Assembly (NCBI GenBank): GCA_016200545.1
Contig: JACQEO010000084.1
Location: 5,528-69,527 of the forward strand
DNA: 64,000 nt
Direction: 5' to 3'
Origin: Deltaproteobacteria bacterium
Lineage (GTDB): Bacteria; Desulfobacterota; Binatia; UTPRO1
The number at the start of each line of letters is the position of its first letter. The first letter of the stretch is position 1. Both the position numbers and the translations under genes were made by a program. The notes beneath the pieces were generated by a model that was not told where the DNA came from, did not search any database, and was given only the letters and a program-made list of their open reading frames with translations. Of this stretch, positions 19,378-28,900 are shown one piece after another.

Positions 19378-20948
19378 GTGTGTGCGCGCGCGCTCCGCGC
19401 CCGCCTGCGCTCACACGCCGCGTGGATCGTCGCCCTCACCCTCGCGACGATCGGCCCGCTCCCCGACGTCGGCGCCGGCGACACCCTGGCGCACGTGCGC
19501 GCGGCGGGCGAGCTCCGCTGGGGCGCCGACGCCCAGGGCGGCGCACCCTACGTCTTCCAGGACCCGACAGATCCGAATCACCTGATCGGCTTCGAGGTCG
19601 ACCTCGTCGACGCGCTTGCACACGAGCTCGGCGTCCGTGCCCGGCCCGTCCAGGGTCAGTGGGAGACGCTCCTCGAGCTCCTCGCGCGCGGCGACTTCGA
19701 CGTCGCGCTGAACGGCATCGAGGTCGCGCCCGAGAAGGAGCGCGTCTGCCGCCTCTCGCGTCCCTACTACGCCGCCGCCGAGCGGCTCACCGTCCGGCGC
19801 GACGACGCGCACGCGCCGCGCACCCTCGCCGAGCTGCGTGACCGTCCGGTCGGAACCCTCCCCGGCTCGCTCGCCGAGCGCATCCTCGCCCGCGCCGATG
19901 CCGCCGTGCGGAGCTACGAAGGCGGGCAGAACGAGATCTACGCCGACCTCGCCCTCGGACGCACCGACGCCGTCCTCCTCGACGCGCCGATCACGCGCTA
20001 CTACGCCGAGATCGACCCGAAGCTGCGCGTCGTCGACGGCGCCTTCGGCGAGGTGCGCTACGCGCTCGCCGTGCGGCGCGACGACGCCGCGCTCGCCGCC
20101 GCGATCGACGACGCCCTCGGCGCCCTCGCCCGCGCCGGGACGTTACGGCACATCTACGAGCGCTGGGGCCTGTGGAACGCGGAGACGGCGGCGCTCCTCG
20201 GCGACCCCGTGCCGGCGTCGCACGCCGTCGCCGAGGCGTTCGAGACCTGGCGCGCCGCCGTCGGGGCGCTGCCGCCGTTTCTCACCCGCGTGCGTGAATG
20301 GTACCCGCGCAGCCAGGCGCTGTTCGCGCGCGCCGCGCTCCTGACGCTCGCGCTCTCGTTCGTCGCCATGGGCCTCGCGATTCCCCTCGGCGTGTTGCTG
20401 GCGCTGGCGCGCACGTACGGTCCTACGCCGCTGCGCTGACTCGCGACCGGATACATCGAGTTCATGCGCGGCACGCCGCTCTTGGTGCAGCTCGTGATGC
20501 TCTACTTCGGCCTTCCCGAGCTCGGCGTGACGCTCGATCCGTTCGTCGCCGGCGCGCTCGCCCTCGGCCTCAACTACGCCGCGGCCGAGGCCGAGAACTA
20601 CCGCGCCGGCCTCGAGAGCGTCCCCGCCGCGCAGCTCGAGGCCGCATGGGCGCTGCGGCTCTCGACGGCGCAGGCGTTGCGCTACGTCGTCGGCCCGCAG
20701 GCCCCGTGCGCGTCGCCATCCCGCCGGCGACGAACGACTTCATCGCGCTCCTCAAGGACAGCTCGTTGGTCTCGCTCGTCACGTTGACGGAGCTGACGAA
20801 GACCTACGTCAACCTCGCGAACGCGACGCGCGACCACCTCGGCCTCGGCCTCGTCGTCGCGCTGTGGTACCTCGCGATCGGGCTGCCGTTCGCGCGCCTC
20901 GCCCGCTACGCCGAGCGGCGCCTCGGCCGCCATCTGCGCACCACCTGA
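19378..20948 (+). pseudogene. Polar amino-acid ABC transporter: substrate-binding domain fused to permease (HisM/GlnP-like), disrupted by an in-frame TGA (20437-20439) and a +2/-1 frameshift (~20698-20708)
   Basis: The substrate-binding part ('…GELRWGADAQGGAPYVFQD…IYERWGLW') runs without a stop into permease TM1 ('…LALSFVAMGLAIPLGVLLALARTYGPTPLR'). TGA then sits where the conserved motif expects W ('LR[W]LATGYIEFMRGTPLLVQL'). The C-terminal part ('…VRVAIPPATNDFIALLKDSSLVSLVTLTELTKT…') is in a different frame after a C-run. Confidence 0.6.
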
Positions 20949-21637
20949 TGCTGCGCGTCCGCGACCTCGAGCACACGTATCCCGGTGCCGCGATGTCGAC
21001 GTTTCGCGCCGTCTCGTTCGACGTCGAGGCGGGCGCACTCGCGACCATCACCGGCGCCAGCGGTGCCGGGAAGACGACCTTGCTACGCTGCCTCGCCGGC
21101 CTCGAACCATTTCATCATGGGAGCGTCGAGCTGCCAGGCATGCGGGTCGTCGTCGACGCGCGGAACGGCCGCGGCGGCGGCGCACGCCTGCGCGGACACG
21201 TTGGGCTCGTGTTCCAGGCGCTCGAGCTGTTCCCGCATCTCACCGCGCTCGAGAACTGCGTCCTCGCACCGCTGCGTGTGCGCCGCGTCGCCCGCGTCGA
21301 CGCCGAGCGGAGCGGACGTGATCTCCTCGCAACGCTCGGCCTCGCCGACAAGGCGGACGCGTTCCCGGCACACCTCTCCGGCGGGCAGCGCCAGCGCGTC
21401 GCGATCGCGCGCGCGCTCGCGATGGAGCCACGCGTCATCCTCTACGACGAGCCGACGAGCGCCCTCGATCCGTCGCTGCGGGGCGAGTTCGTCGAGACCC
21501 TGCGCCGGGTGCGCGCAACGGGCGTCGCGCAGGTCGTCGTGACTCACGACCCGACGCTCGCCGACGGCACCGCCGACGCATGCTTCACGCTCGCGAACAG
21601 CACGTTGATTGCCGCAACACAACTGTCCGCGCACTGA
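20948..21637 (+). CDS. Amino-acid ABC transporter ATP-binding protein
   Basis: Walker A 'GASGAGKTTLL', signature 'LSGGQRQRVAIARAL', Walker B 'ILYDEPTSALD'. The start 'MLRVRDLEHTY' overlaps the permease stop (TGATG). Confidence 0.85.
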   Translation: MLRVRDLEHTYPGAAMSTFRAVSFDVEAGALATITGASGAGKTTLLRCLAGLEPFHHGSVELPGMRVVVDARNGRGGGARLRGHVGLVFQALELFPHLTALENCVLAPLRVRRVARVDAERSGRDLLATLGLADKADAFPAHLSGGQRQRVAIARALAMEPRVILYDEPTSALDPSLRGEFVETLRRVRATGVAQVVVTHDPTLADGTADACFTLANSTLIAATQLSAH

Positions 21638-21677
21638 CAGGCAAGCACCCCGTCCAACTCGACCGCGGCGACGCGGC

Positions 21678-22883
21678 CTACATGTACTTCTGAAACTCGA
21701 ACTTCGCGATCTGGTTGCGGTGCACCTCGTCGGGGCCGTCGGCGAGGCGGAGCGTGCGGATGCCCGCCCACGCGCCGGCGAGCGGGAAGTCCTGACAGAC
21801 GCCGGCGGCGCCGAAGGCCTGGATGGCGTCGTCGATGATCCGCAGCGCCATGTTCGGCGCCGCGACCTTGATCATCGCGATCTCGGCGCGCGCCGCCTTG
21901 TTGCCGACGGTGTCCATCATGTAGGCGGCCTTGAGCGTCAGCAGCCGGCACTGCTCGATCTCGATGCGTGCCTGCGCGACGCGCTGCTGCCAGACGTTGT
22001 GGCGCGCGATCTGCTTGCCGAACGCCTCGCGGCTCATGAGACGCTTGCACATCGCCTCGAGCGAGCGCTCGGCGATGCCGATCGTGCGCATGCAGTGGTG
22101 GATGCGCCCCGGTCCGAGCCGGCCTTGCGCGATCTCGAAGCCGCGTCCCTCACCGAGCAGAATGTTCGACGCCGGCACGCGCACGTTGTCGAAGCTCACC
22201 TCGGCGTGGCCGTGCGGCGCGTCGTCGTAGCCGAAGACGTTGAGCAGGCGCTCGACCTTCACTCCGGGCGCGTCCATCGGCACCAAGATCATCGACTGCT
22301 GGCGGTAGCGGTCGGGATTGTCGGGCGCCGACTTCCCCATGAAGATCATGACGCGACAGCGCGGGTCGCCGGCGCCCGACGTCCACCACTTGCGGCCGTT
22401 CAGCACGTAGGTGTCGCCGTCGCGGCGGATGCTCGCCTGGATGTTGGTCGCGTCCGACGACGCGACCGCCGGCTCGGTCATGGCGAACGCCGAGCGGATC
22501 TTGCCGTCGAGGAGCGGCGCCAGCCACTGCTTCTTGTGCTCGGCCGAGCCGTAGCGGACCAGCACCTCCATGTTACCGGTGTCGGGCGCCGAGCAGTTGA
22601 ACACCTCGGAGCCCATCGGCGAGCGCCCCATGATCTCGGCGAGCGGCGCGTACTCGAGGTTGGTGAGGCCGGCGCCGTGCTCGCTCTCGGGGAGGAAAAG
22701 GTTCCAGAGCCCCTGGACACGCGCCTCGGCTTTCAGCTCCTCGACGATCTGCGTCGGCTGCCAGCGGTCGCCCGTCGCGATCTGACGGACGAACGTCGCC
22801 TCGTTCGGATGGACGTGCTCGTCCATGAACGCGTGCACGCGACGCTGCAGCTCCTTGACCTTGTCGCTGTAGTCGAAGTTCAT
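21678..22883 (-). CDS. Acyl-CoA dehydrogenase family protein
   Basis: '[23 protein letters not shown]…[16 protein letters not shown]…' fits the ACAD N-terminal, middle and C-terminal domains; 402 aa from the first credible Met. Confidence 0.85.
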   Translation of the reverse strand: MNFDYSDKVKELQRRVHAFMDEHVHPNEATFVRQIATGDRWQPTQIVEELKAEARVQGLWNLFLPESEHGAGLTNLEYAPLAEIMGRSPMGSEVFNCSAPDTGNMEVLVRYGSAEHKKQWLAPLLDGKIRSAFAMTEPAVASSDATNIQASIRRDGDTYVLNGRKWWTSGAGDPRCRVMIFMGKSAPDNPDRYRQQSMILVPMDAPGVKVERLLNVFGYDDAPHGHAEVSFDNVRVPASNILLGEGRGFEIAQGRLGPGRIHHCMRTIGIAERSLEAMCKRLMSREAFGKQIARHNVWQQRVAQARIEIEQCRLLTLKAAYMMDTVGNKAARAEIAMIKVAAPNMALRIIDDAIQAFGAAGVCQDFPLAGAWAGIRTLRLADGPDEVHRNQIAKFEFQKYM

Positions 22884-22911
22884 CACGTCTCCTCTCGGGT
22901 GGCTCGTGACG

Positions 22912-24345
22912 CTAGCGCATGTCGGCGGCGAGATCGAGCACGAGGCGATGCAGGAACTCCACGCCCGTCCGCAGGCTCGCGACCGGGATGCGCTCGTCGA
23001 CGCCGTGCGCGCGGCGCCCGTCCGCCTCCGTCGTCGTGATCGGACTGAGCCCGTAGGCGGCAACGCCGGCAGCGCGCAGAAAGCGCGAGTCGGTCGCCTC
23101 GCGTGACATGAAGGGAACGATCGGCACCTCCGGCCACATCGCGTCGAGCACACGCCGCAGTGCCGCCGGCCCCGGTCCATCGAGCGGCGACGGCTCGGCG
23201 TGTCCGAACTCGTCGGTCGCGCGCACCTCGAGGTGCGGGTCGGCGAGCACGTCCGCGAGCGTGCGCTGCACGTCGGCGACGGACTCGTCGGGCAGGATCC
23301 GGCAGTTGACGTTCGCCGTCGCCTCCGCCGGCAGCGCGTTCCGTCGCGTACCGCCGCCGAGCGTGGTCGCGACGCACGTGGTCCGCAACGACGCCGCGAG
23401 AATCGGATCGCGGTCGAGCACCGCGAGGGCGGCGCGCGGCGGCGCGCCCGGCGATGCGACGGCACGCATGGCGCGCGCCAGCGCCGGCTCCTCGACGGCG
23501 GCACGCGCGCCGAAGTAGGCGCGGGTCACCGGCTGCAGCCGCACCGGAAAGCGATGCCGACCGAGGCGGTCGAGACCGCCGGCGAGCTCGTAGATGGCGT
23601 TCGCGGCGAGCGGCACCGACGAGTGCCCGGTCGGCCCGCGCGCCGTCACCTCGAAATCTTGATACGTCTTCTCGGCGGTCTGCAGGCTCGCGAACTTCAC
23701 CCGACCGCCGTCGTCGAGGACGAGACCGCCGCCCTCGTTCAACGCCAGCGCGGCGCGGATCGTCTGCGGGCGATTGGCGAGGAGCCAGCGGATGCCGGCG
23801 CCGCCCGACTCCTCGTCGCCGGTCCAGGCGAGGATCACGTCGCGCCGCAGCGGTGTCCCCTCACGCGCGAGGAGGAGCACGACCTCAAGCGCCACCGTCG
23901 CCATGCCGAGATCGTCGTCGACGCCGCGCCCGATCAGATAGCCGTCGCGCTCGGTCATCACGTGCGGATCCGTCGCCCACGTCTGGCCGGTGGCGCTGAC
24001 GACGTCGGTATGCGCGAGCAGGAGGAGCGGCGGCTCGCGACCGTCGCCCGCGAGCCGCGCCACGAGGTTCTGCCGGCCGGGGGCGAAGTCCGTCACCTCG
24101 TAGGGGATTCCCGCCGCACGCAGGAGCGCGCCACCGAGCGCGACGGCACGCGCCTCGTTGCCGGGAGGATTCGAGGTGTCCGCCGCGATCAGCGCCGCGA
24201 GCAGCGCGCGCGTCTCGCCCGCGGCTTGGTCGTAATCGATCGCGCGCGCGCGTGACGGCTCGGCGGCGGGCGCGCCGCCCGCGCCCGATCGTGGCTGCGC
24301 GGCGCACGCGCAGAGGCCGACGAGCACGAGCGCGACGAGCTTCAC
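22912..24345 (-). CDS. Secreted M20-family metallopeptidase (ArgE/DapE/carboxypeptidase-like)
   Basis: GTG start preceded by TAAGGTG. Signal peptide '[18 protein letters not shown]'. M20 motifs 'LLLAHTDVV', 'GRGVDDDLG', 'GDEESGG'. Confidence 0.8.
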   Translation of the reverse strand: MKLVALVLVGLCACAAQPRSGAGGAPAAEPSRARAIDYDQAAGETRALLAALIAADTSNPPGNEARAVALGGALLRAAGIPYEVTDFAPGRQNLVARLAGDGREPPLLLLAHTDVVSATGQTWATDPHVMTERDGYLIGRGVDDDLGMATVALEVVLLLAREGTPLRRDVILAWTGDEESGGAGIRWLLANRPQTIRAALALNEGGGLVLDDGGRVKFASLQTAEKTYQDFEVTARGPTGHSSVPLAANAIYELAGGLDRLGRHRFPVRLQPVTRAYFGARAAVEEPALARAMRAVASPGAPPRAALAVLDRDPILAASLRTTCVATTLGGGTRRNALPAEATANVNCRILPDESVADVQRTLADVLADPHLEVRATDEFGHAEPSPLDGPGPAALRRVLDAMWPEVPIVPFMSREATDSRFLRAAGVAAYGLSPITTTEADGRRAHGVDERIPVASLRTGVEFLHRLVLDLAADMR

Positions 24346-24442
24346 GGCCGCGCACCTTACGGTGGCTCCGAGACCGACACAAACGATGACCTTCCTCCAG
24401 ACCCGCCTGCGGCGTAGGATCGCGCCCTCGGAGGAGATGCCA

Positions 24443-24727
24443 ATGCCGAAAGCGACGTGGAACGGCGCGGTGCTCGCGGAGAGCGATCGCTGCGAGGTGG
24501 TGGAAGGGAACCAATACTTCCCACCGGACGCGCTCGCGCGCCAATACTTCCGAGAGAGCGCGACCCACACCATCTGCCCGTGGAAAGGGACGGCGAGCTA
24601 CTTCGACGTCGTCGTCGACGGCACGACGAACGCCGACGCCGCCTGGTACTATCCGGAGCCGAAGGAAGCGGCGCGGCAGATCACGGGTTACGTGGCGTTC
24701 TGGCGCGGCGTCCGCGTCGAGGGCTGA
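24443..24727 (+). CDS. DUF427 domain protein
   Basis: 'MPKATWNGAVLAESDRCEVVEGNQYFPPDAL…CPWKGTASYFDV…AWYYPEPK…' is typical of DUF427; a GGAGG RBS sits 8 nt upstream. Confidence 0.7.
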   Translation: MPKATWNGAVLAESDRCEVVEGNQYFPPDALARQYFRESATHTICPWKGTASYFDVVVDGTTNADAAWYYPEPKEAARQITGYVAFWRGVRVEG

Positions 24728-24842
24728 CCCGAGCGCGCGTTCATTCCTCGCCCGGGGTGTCACCTCTTTGTCGCTTGCCCACTGAACCGCTGCGGAAATG
24801 CGCGGTGCGGGCGCTGGCATGTGGGTTGCTGCTCGCCTCCAC

Positions 24843-25856
24843 ATGGACGCTGACCCGGGACAGATCATCCGCTCGCTCCGGCTGGCGCTCGAGATGAACC
24901 AGGCGGAGTTTGCGCGCGCGGCGGGCTGGTCGCCGTCGACGATCTCGAGCTGGGAGCGCGGACGGGCGAAACCGAGCCGTCTCGCGTTCAAGACGATTCT
25001 CGCGTTCGCCGAGGAGCGCGGCGTCCACTACCGGCCGCGCGCCGCGACGACGGCCTTGGTCCCGCTGGCGCGACCGGCCGTGAGCGAGGGCGTCGTCGCG
25101 GTCACGCCGCCCGGAGCGCGCGCTGCGCTTCGTCCCCTCCTCTATCCCGATCGCTCGGAGTCCTCGCGGGCGGCACGTGGCGTCGAACCCGCGCCTCCTG
25201 AGCATGCTGTGCCGGACGTTGCCGCTCGCTGGACGAGCGCGCGCGGAGCCGAGTCGCGCCCACGCCTCACCGAGACGCCGCGCTGGCACGCGGAGGCGAA
25301 CTTTCGGCTGACCCTCGGCGCGCGCCACGACCGATCGAGTACGCTCGCACGCCGACTGATCGAGGTCGCGATCGTCGCGCTCGGGTTCTGCGCCGCGATC
25401 GGACTACGCGAGCCGGTGCAGCGATTGTTGCACGGCGCGACGCCGCCGCGAGAGGCGTCGACCGTCGCTGCTCCGCCGACCGAGTCGGCGTCGATCGTCT
25501 CAGCTCCGTCGGCCGAGTCGGCGCTGATCGTCTCCGCTCCGTCGGCCGAGTCGGTGCCGGCGGCACCACGCACCACCGTCGCGACGGCATCGTCCGTGGC
25601 CGCGTCCGTCGCCGCAACGACGCATGAAGCGGCACCACGTGAAGAGCCGACGGCGGCGCGCCTCGAAAGCGTGATGGCGATCGGCGGCGCCGGCCGAGCG
25701 ACGTTTCGGACCGCGAACGACGCGGTGACGGTGACCCCGGGCGAATGGCTCGGCGGTCAGCGTGTCGTCGCGATCGACAACAACGCCGTCACGCTCGTCG
25801 ATCGCACCGGCGGGCGTCACCGCGTCCAGGTCGGCCAGCACACTCCGTTCGACTAG
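24843..25856 (+). CDS. RodZ-like protein: N-terminal XRE-type HTH, single TM segment, Ser/Ala/Pro-rich repeat linker, periplasmic C-terminal domain
   Basis: HTH 'IRSLRLALEMNQAEFARAAGWSPSTISSWERGRAKPS'. TM 'LIEVAIVALGFCAAIGL'. C-terminal 'VTVTPGEWLGGQRVVAIDNNAVTLVDRTGGRHRVQVGQ', which resembles DUF4115. Confidence 0.5.
   Translation: MDADPGQIIRSLRLALEMNQAEFARAAGWSPSTISSWERGRAKPSRLAFKTILAFAEERGVHYRPRAATTALVPLARPAVSEGVVAVTPPGARAALRPLLYPDRSESSRAARGVEPAPPEHAVPDVAARWTSARGAESRPRLTETPRWHAEANFRLTLGARHDRSSTLARRLIEVAIVALGFCAAIGLREPVQRLLHGATPPREASTVAAPPTESASIVSAPSAESALIVSAPSAESVPAAPRTTVATASSVAASVAATTHEAAPREEPTAARLESVMAIGGAGRATFRTANDAVTVTPGEWLGGQRVVAIDNNAVTLVDRTGGRHRVQVGQHTPFD
25481..25560. repeat. Tandem 33-nt repeat (2.4 copies) encoding ESA(S/L)IVSAPSA in the RodZ-like linker
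   Basis: The 33-nt unit 'cgagtcggcg(t/c)(c/t)gatcgtctc(a/c)gctccgtcggc' is repeated directly. Confidence 0.45.
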
Positions 25857-25861
25857 CCCGC

Positions 25862-26158
25862 TCAGAACATATTCCAACGATCGTTCTGCTGATTGGGAGT
25901 GCCGAGTTCGGTCTGCATCTGGTTCTGACGGCTATCCGCGGCGGACTTCTTCGCGTCCCGCGCCTCCGCTCCCTGCACGTCGTTCTGCTCGCGCCGTTTG
26001 GCTCTGTGCTCCTCGTTGCGTTTGCGCTGAGTCTCCGCTTGCACGAACGGGTCGCGGGAGCGGCCGTGCGCACCGACCGCGCTCGGCCCCGCCGTTCCGA
26101 CCGCACTTGCCACCACCAAAACAACGCCTACTCGCTTCCAGAGCTTGATTGCCGGCAT
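25862..26158 (-). CDS. Small secreted charged (K/R/E/Q-rich) hypothetical protein
   Basis: Signal peptide 'MPAIKLWKRVGVVLVVASAVGTAGPSAVGAHG' followed by a low-complexity charged region; divergent from the OmpA-family gene. Confidence 0.45.
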   Translation of the reverse strand: MPAIKLWKRVGVVLVVASAVGTAGPSAVGAHGRSRDPFVQAETQRKRNEEHRAKRREQNDVQGAEARDAKKSAADSRQNQMQTELGTPNQQNDRWNMF

Positions 26159-26370
26159 ATCTCTCTTCTCCGATCGACTCTTTTGGGATACGCCGCCGCT
26201 CAGCGCGAGTCGACCCCCAATGCTAGACGCGTGTATTCGTCGCCCCGGGGGATCTTGCGACATCGAAGTCATTCTATACTATGTCGAGCCGCATGTTCGG
26301 TCGACCGCGGCGACGCGAGGTCGATCGGAACGGCGTCCCAAGACGCCTCCCAAAGACGAAGGAGGAAGAT

Positions 26371-27360
26371 ATGCGTAGAGGAATGCTGTGGGGGCTTTCT
26401 GCCCTCGCCATCGGCATGTGTCTGATGCGCGGTGTGCCCGCGCGCGCCGACGGTCCGGAGGTGGGCGTCGACGTCGGTGCGGCGATCCCGCTCGACAAAT
26501 ACCGCCACGTAGTCGACGGCGGCGTCGGCGGAACCTTCGGGTTCTGGAGCGGCTACCGCTTCGATCTCACCGACAATCTCGCGTTGTCGCTCATCGGCCA
26601 GCCACAGTTCACCTTCTTCCCCACCGACCCTGGTTGTTGCCGAGGCAAGAACGATCACGAAACGTCGAGCCTTTTCAGCATCACCGGCGGGCCGAAGTTC
26701 TCGTTGCTCACGGGCATCGTCGAAACCTACATCGGCGCGCAGGGCGGCTACTACCGCGACATGAGCGGTCCGATCAGTGACGACGGCGTCGGATTCAACA
26801 GCGGCGGCGGCGTCAATCTTGAGATCGCGGACAACACCCACCTCGGATTCTTCGGCCGCTACGACTACATGAACCTCGTCGCCGAGCCGCATTCCGACGT
26901 CGCCCGGCAGATGGTCCTCGCCGGCCTCACCCTCCAGCACGTCTTCGAGCCGCCACCGCCCCCGCCGCAGGTGGTCCAAGCGCCGCCTCCCCCGGCGCCT
27001 CCCGCGCCGCGCGTCACCCGCAAAATCGTGCTGCGCGGCGTGAACTTCGACTTCAACAAATCGAACATCCGCGCCGACGCGCGGCCGATCCTCGACGAGG
27101 CGATCCACGCCCTCCACGAGGAGCGTGAGGTCGATCTCTCGGTCGAGGGACACACCGACGCGATCGGCAGCGACGCCTACAACCAAGGCCTCTCGGAGCG
27201 CCGCGCCCATGCGGTCGCGGACTATCTCGCCGCGGGCGGCATCCGGCGAGGTCGCATGCGGATCGAGGGCGTCGGCGAGTCGAAGCCGGTCGCGACCAAC
27301 GCCACCGAGGACGGCCGCGCGCAGAATCGCCGCGTCGAGCTGCACATCGTCGGGCAGTGA
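26371..27360 (+). CDS. OmpA-family outer-membrane protein (N-terminal beta-barrel, Pro-rich hinge, C-terminal OmpA peptidoglycan-binding domain)
   Basis: RBS AAGGAGGAAGAT before the ATG. Signal peptide 'MRRGMLWGLSALAIGMCLMRGVPARA'. 'PPPPPPQVVQAPPPPAPPAP' hinge. OmpA_C motifs 'FDFNKSNIRADARPILDE…VEGHTDAIGSDAYNQGLSERRA'. Confidence 0.8.
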   Translation: MRRGMLWGLSALAIGMCLMRGVPARADGPEVGVDVGAAIPLDKYRHVVDGGVGGTFGFWSGYRFDLTDNLALSLIGQPQFTFFPTDPGCCRGKNDHETSSLFSITGGPKFSLLTGIVETYIGAQGGYYRDMSGPISDDGVGFNSGGGVNLEIADNTHLGFFGRYDYMNLVAEPHSDVARQMVLAGLTLQHVFEPPPPPPQVVQAPPPPAPPAPRVTRKIVLRGVNFDFNKSNIRADARPILDEAIHALHEEREVDLSVEGHTDAIGSDAYNQGLSERRAHAVADYLAAGGIRRGRMRIEGVGESKPVATNATEDGRAQNRRVELHIVGQ

Positions 27361-27462
27361 TGCCGGCGGCGCCCGCACGGGCGCCGCGTGATGCCAACGG
27401 CCGCGGGGCACCGGTCGCTCCGGCGCTCCGCGGCCGTGTTCATTCAGGATGCCGTTCGCGCG

Positions 27463-28560
27463 TCAGAAGTCGTCCGGCGGCACGCAGAAGAAGCTCCCGG
27501 GGAGCGTGCGATTCACCAGCGCCAAGAGCTCCTCGGCGCGCGGCGCCGTGAAGCGCATGATGTCGTCGCTGACGCACTCCGCGCGGCGATAGGTGCAGAT
27601 CGCGTAGTGCGGCACGGTGGCGATGTTCGACACTCCGAAGTCGACGCACGTCTCGTCGTCGATCAGCGCCTGGTAGTCGACGCCGGTATCGGCGGCGAGC
27701 TGATCGAACGGAATTGCTCCGCAGCTCTTCCCGATCGCCGGCTCGACCGTGCGCGCACTCTTCTCGACCGCCGCGAACGCCTGGTCGCAGGTCTTCTGCG
27801 CCTTCGCGAGACACGTGCCGTCATCGTGCGCCGCGAGCTGCACACACGTGAAGACGGCGCCGAGACAGCGCCCGACGCTCTTCAGCTTGGTGCCGACGAA
27901 CGCCCCGCCCGCATTCGTCACGCCCTGCTGGCACTGCGCGACTTGCCGCCCGAGCTTGACGTCGTCCACCCCCTCCCCCGGGCCGCCCAGGTCGTCGAGA
28001 CACGAGTCCGGGCCGAGATCCGCGTTGGTGAGGTCGAAGAGCTCACCGGAACGCGGGTGCTCGGCGAGATAGATCTGCTCGATCGCGCACTCGTGCTGCT
28101 GCACGATGCACTCGGCGACGCTCGCCGTGTCTCCGAGCGTCACCCCGAAATCGAGACAGTCGGGCGCGATCAGCTCGTAGCCGACGCCGTCGGCGCGCAG
28201 CAGATCCGCGGGGTCGAGCGCCGCGCAGCCCTTGGTGATGGCGTCGGTGAGCCGCTGCTCCTCGGCCGTGATGACGTCGGTCGCCTTCACGCAGCGGAGC
28301 GACGCTTTCTCCAGACAAGCATCGACCGGATCCACGTCGGCCTCGAAGTCGTGCGCGACGGTCTGGAGGCACTTGAAGACCGCGCCCGCGCACTTGTCGA
28401 GCTGCTTGAGCTTCTTTTGCGCGAACGGCGTGGTGGCGGCGATGAGCGCCGATTGGCAGTCGGTTGCGAGCTTCGGCTGGGCGAGAAACCGCTCGCCCGC
28501 CGCTGCGCTCCGCGGCACGACCACGCTCACGAACGTTGCGAGTATCCATGCGATCATCAT
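27463..28560 (-). CDS. Secreted Cys-rich protein made of two tandem ~120-aa modules (8 Cys each), function unknown
   Basis: RBS GGAGGAGG 7 nt before ATG. Signal peptide 'MMIAWILATFVSVVVPRSAAA'. The duplicated pattern is 'KLKQLDKCAGAVFKCLQTVAHD…' and 'KLKSVGRCLGAVFTCVQLAAHD…'. Confidence 0.6.
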   Translation of the reverse strand: MMIAWILATFVSVVVPRSAAAGERFLAQPKLATDCQSALIAATTPFAQKKLKQLDKCAGAVFKCLQTVAHDFEADVDPVDACLEKASLRCVKATDVITAEEQRLTDAITKGCAALDPADLLRADGVGYELIAPDCLDFGVTLGDTASVAECIVQQHECAIEQIYLAEHPRSGELFDLTNADLGPDSCLDDLGGPGEGVDDVKLGRQVAQCQQGVTNAGGAFVGTKLKSVGRCLGAVFTCVQLAAHDDGTCLAKAQKTCDQAFAAVEKSARTVEPAIGKSCGAIPFDQLAADTGVDYQALIDDETCVDFGVSNIATVPHYAICTYRRAECVSDDIMRFTAPRAEELLALVNRTLPGSFFCVPPDDF

Positions 28561-28900
28561 AGTCACGCCTCCTCCATGGGGTGCCGCCCGGCGGGCGGTG
28601 CAATGCGCGGTCCACCCGCGCGACATTGCGGCGCCGGCATAAGTTCTCGCCCGAGCGGTATGCTCCGGTAGCTCAGGAGTGCCGCGAGCGCACGGATTTT
28701 GCTTCCCGCGTCGATCCACTGACGCACGGGACCGGTTTCCGTCGCGGTGCGCCTGCGAACCGACATGGAGAACCGCATGCCCGGCGGCGTCGCTTGACCG
28801 TTTCCGAACTCGTTTGACTAACGCCCAGGAACACCAACGGCGATCGGAGTGGTCGCCACCTCATCGGCAGAGGTCCCAGGGCACAAGGAGGTCGTTCGCA

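Noticed and set aside
20437-20439. TGA as selenocysteine or recoded codon
   Set aside because: Other genes here clearly terminate with TGA (for example sucB and several ATGA overlaps), there is no SECIS-like hairpin downstream, and the position aligns to Trp, not Cys/Sec.
28640-28690. 'GGTAGCTCAGGAG' resembling a tRNA D-loop in the 340-bp intergenic region
   Set aside because: No complementary acceptor stem or T-loop downstream. The region is better explained as a divergent promoter or 5'-UTR between the Cys-rich protein and lipoprotein genes.
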